Origin: a virus
Lineage: Duplodnaviria; Caudoviricetes
Strand: one strand, 5' to 3'
Virus record (IMG/VR): IMGVR_UViG_3300044724_004801
Location: 1-57,017 of that record
DNA length: 57,017 nt
Positions 55,609 through 57,017 of the stretch are shown here, piece after piece; within the stretch, counting starts at the first letter, position 1; each line of letters begins with the position of its first letter. The position numbers were made by a program, and so were the translations under genes. A model generated the notes under the pieces. It was given only the letters and a program-made list of their open reading frames with translations. It did not search any database and was not told the origin of the DNA.

Positions 55609-57017
55609 ATGGCAAATACCAAGATCACAGCAGATAACTTAGCGGCAAACGCCGTTACCGCTTCGAGCATCGCTGACAACAGCATTGGTATAACTCAACT
55701 TAATGTATCTGATGGAACTAATGGTCAGGTACTTACCACTAATGGTTCAGGTACTTTGTCTTTTTCTACTATTTCAGGTTATACAGATTCAGATGTTGAA
55801 ACTTATCTAAATACTTCTGCTATTTATACTGATGCTACGAATGATAGGTTAGGGGTAGGTACAAGCTCACCGATGGTTACGCTTAATGTACATAATGCAA
55901 CAAACCCAAGAATTGCACTTACTAACTCTACAACAGGGCAAACCTTTCCTTCAGGTCTTGAATTTTTACTTGCAGATAGTGATGCTTATATTGCACAAAG
56001 AGAAAACGCTAATTTAATATTCAGTACAAATAATACAGAACGCTTAAGAATAACCAGTGGTGGTGATTCTGAATTTAAAGGAAATATAGCTTTTACAAAA
56101 CAAGACGGAATGAGCATAAGTGGATATGAATCTCTTGTAATGCAGATTAATTCACAAAACAATCAATCAGGCAGAGTTTTTCAAGTTAACAACTACACAA
56201 CACCTTTATTTGTTGTTGAGCAAGCAGGCAATGTTGGTATTGGTACGACTAGTCCTGCAAGTGGCGTTGGTTCTCCATTAACACTGACATCAACTTCCAC
56301 AGGTTATGTTGGTATTAGATTTAATGCAACAGGCTCATACGCTAATGATTGGGATTTATATGCTTCAGGAGATGGAGCAGGATTAGATATCTTTGGTATA
56401 TTTGATAGAACAAATACAACTTATAGATTAGTTGCAACAAACACAGGTAATGTTGGAATTGGTACGACTAGTCCTTCTCAATCACTAGATGTTGTTGACT
56501 CAGATAATTATCAAGGTGTACTTATTCATGGAAGCAATGCCCCATGTTTAACTTTTGCACAAGGTGCAAACACTACTCCAACATGGAGAACAGGTATATC
56601 AGGATATGATGGCACAGCATTTGCTATTTCTACTGGTGCTTCAGTTGGAGATGTTGTTCAAATAAAAAGTAACGGAGACTTTGGAATTGGCACAACATCA
56701 GCAACCTCTAAACTACATGTAAATGCAGGAACATATGCAGGTTACGCTGTTGATTTAGTGCAAGAAGGTTCAGGCGGTGGTAATCATGGACTAAGAGTTG
56801 TAAGTGGTTCAGGAAGTTCTTATACAGCAATCTTTAGAGCAAATGCTTCAACAGTATTTTATGTAGATGGTGCTGGTAATTATTATTTCAGTGGCTCAAA
56901 TCAATCAGATGTAAACAAAAAAGAAAATATTGCTGATATAACAGATAGTGCTTTAGATTTAATTACACAACTGCAACCTAAAACTTATAATTTTATTGGA
57001 AGTGATATAGATAAAGC
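55609..57017 (+). CDS. Tail fibre / receptor-binding protein, version B (3'-truncated; not in ORF track)
   Basis: MANTKITADNLAANAVT... reads open to the window end; GNVGIGTTSP modules; enters the same SDVNKKENI chaperone domain as version A. Confidence 0.85.
   Translation, partial: MANTKITADNLAANAVTASSIADNSIGITQLNVSDGTNGQVLTTNGSGTLSFSTISGYTDSDVETYLNTSAIYTDATNDRLGVGTSSPMVTLNVHNATNPRIALTNSTTGQTFPSGLEFLLADSDAYIAQRENANLIFSTNNTERLRITSGGDSEFKGNIAFTKQDGMSISGYESLVMQINSQNNQSGRVFQVNNYTTPLFVVEQAGNVGIGTTSPASGVGSPLTLTSTSTGYVGIRFNATGSYANDWDLYASGDGAGLDIFGIFDRTNTTYRLVATNTGNVGIGTTSPSQSLDVVDSDNYQGVLIHGSNAPCLTFAQGANTTPTWRTGISGYDGTAFAISTGASVGDVVQIKSNGDFGIGTTSATSKLHVNAGTYAGYAVDLVQEGSGGGNHGLRVVSGSGSSYTAIFRANASTVFYVDGAGNYYFSGSNQSDVNKKENIADITDSALDLITQLQPKTYNFIGSDIDK
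55687..55806 (+). repeat. Exact 120-bp direct repeat, copy 2 (= 1-120)
   Basis: Direct comparison. Confidence 0.97.
56704..57017 (+). repeat. Direct repeat, copy 2 (= 1126-1439)
   Basis: Direct comparison, offset 55578. Confidence 0.95.

Overview
Apparently complete (circularisable, ~55.6-55.7 kb) genome of an AT-rich dsDNA tailed phage with podovirus-type architecture, similar in gene content to uncultured marine phages. The + strand carries the late arm: HNH, TerS, TerL, portal, scaffold, major capsid, adaptors, GNAT-like protein, ejection/internal proteins, several tail fibres with S74-type chaperone domains, holin-lysozyme and a cluster of tiny basic proteins. The - strand carries the early/replication arm: NADAR, MoxR AAA+/vWA-metallopeptidase pair, pyrimidine-dimer glycosylase, family A DNA polymerase, CsrA homolog, primase-helicase, PD-(D/E)XK nucleases and an SNF2 helicase. 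I saw no integrase, tRNA, CRISPR array or reverse transcriptase. The two ends of the window are two versions of one tail-fibre gene, with identical flanks and a swapped middle. The most unusual signals lie in the early region (27-31.7 kb): (i) six 'box + hairpin' elements of fixed geometry but unrelated stem sequence, each in front of an SD+ATG; (ii) twin 16-bp G-U-containing RNA stems, plus identical SD-in-loop hairpins that could be targets of the phage CsrA; (iii) a gene whose mRNA has one C in 209 nt; (iv) a 12-copy heptamer iteron field. CsrA hints at a gammaproteobacterial host (inference). All family names come from motif recognition by eye; no searches were run.
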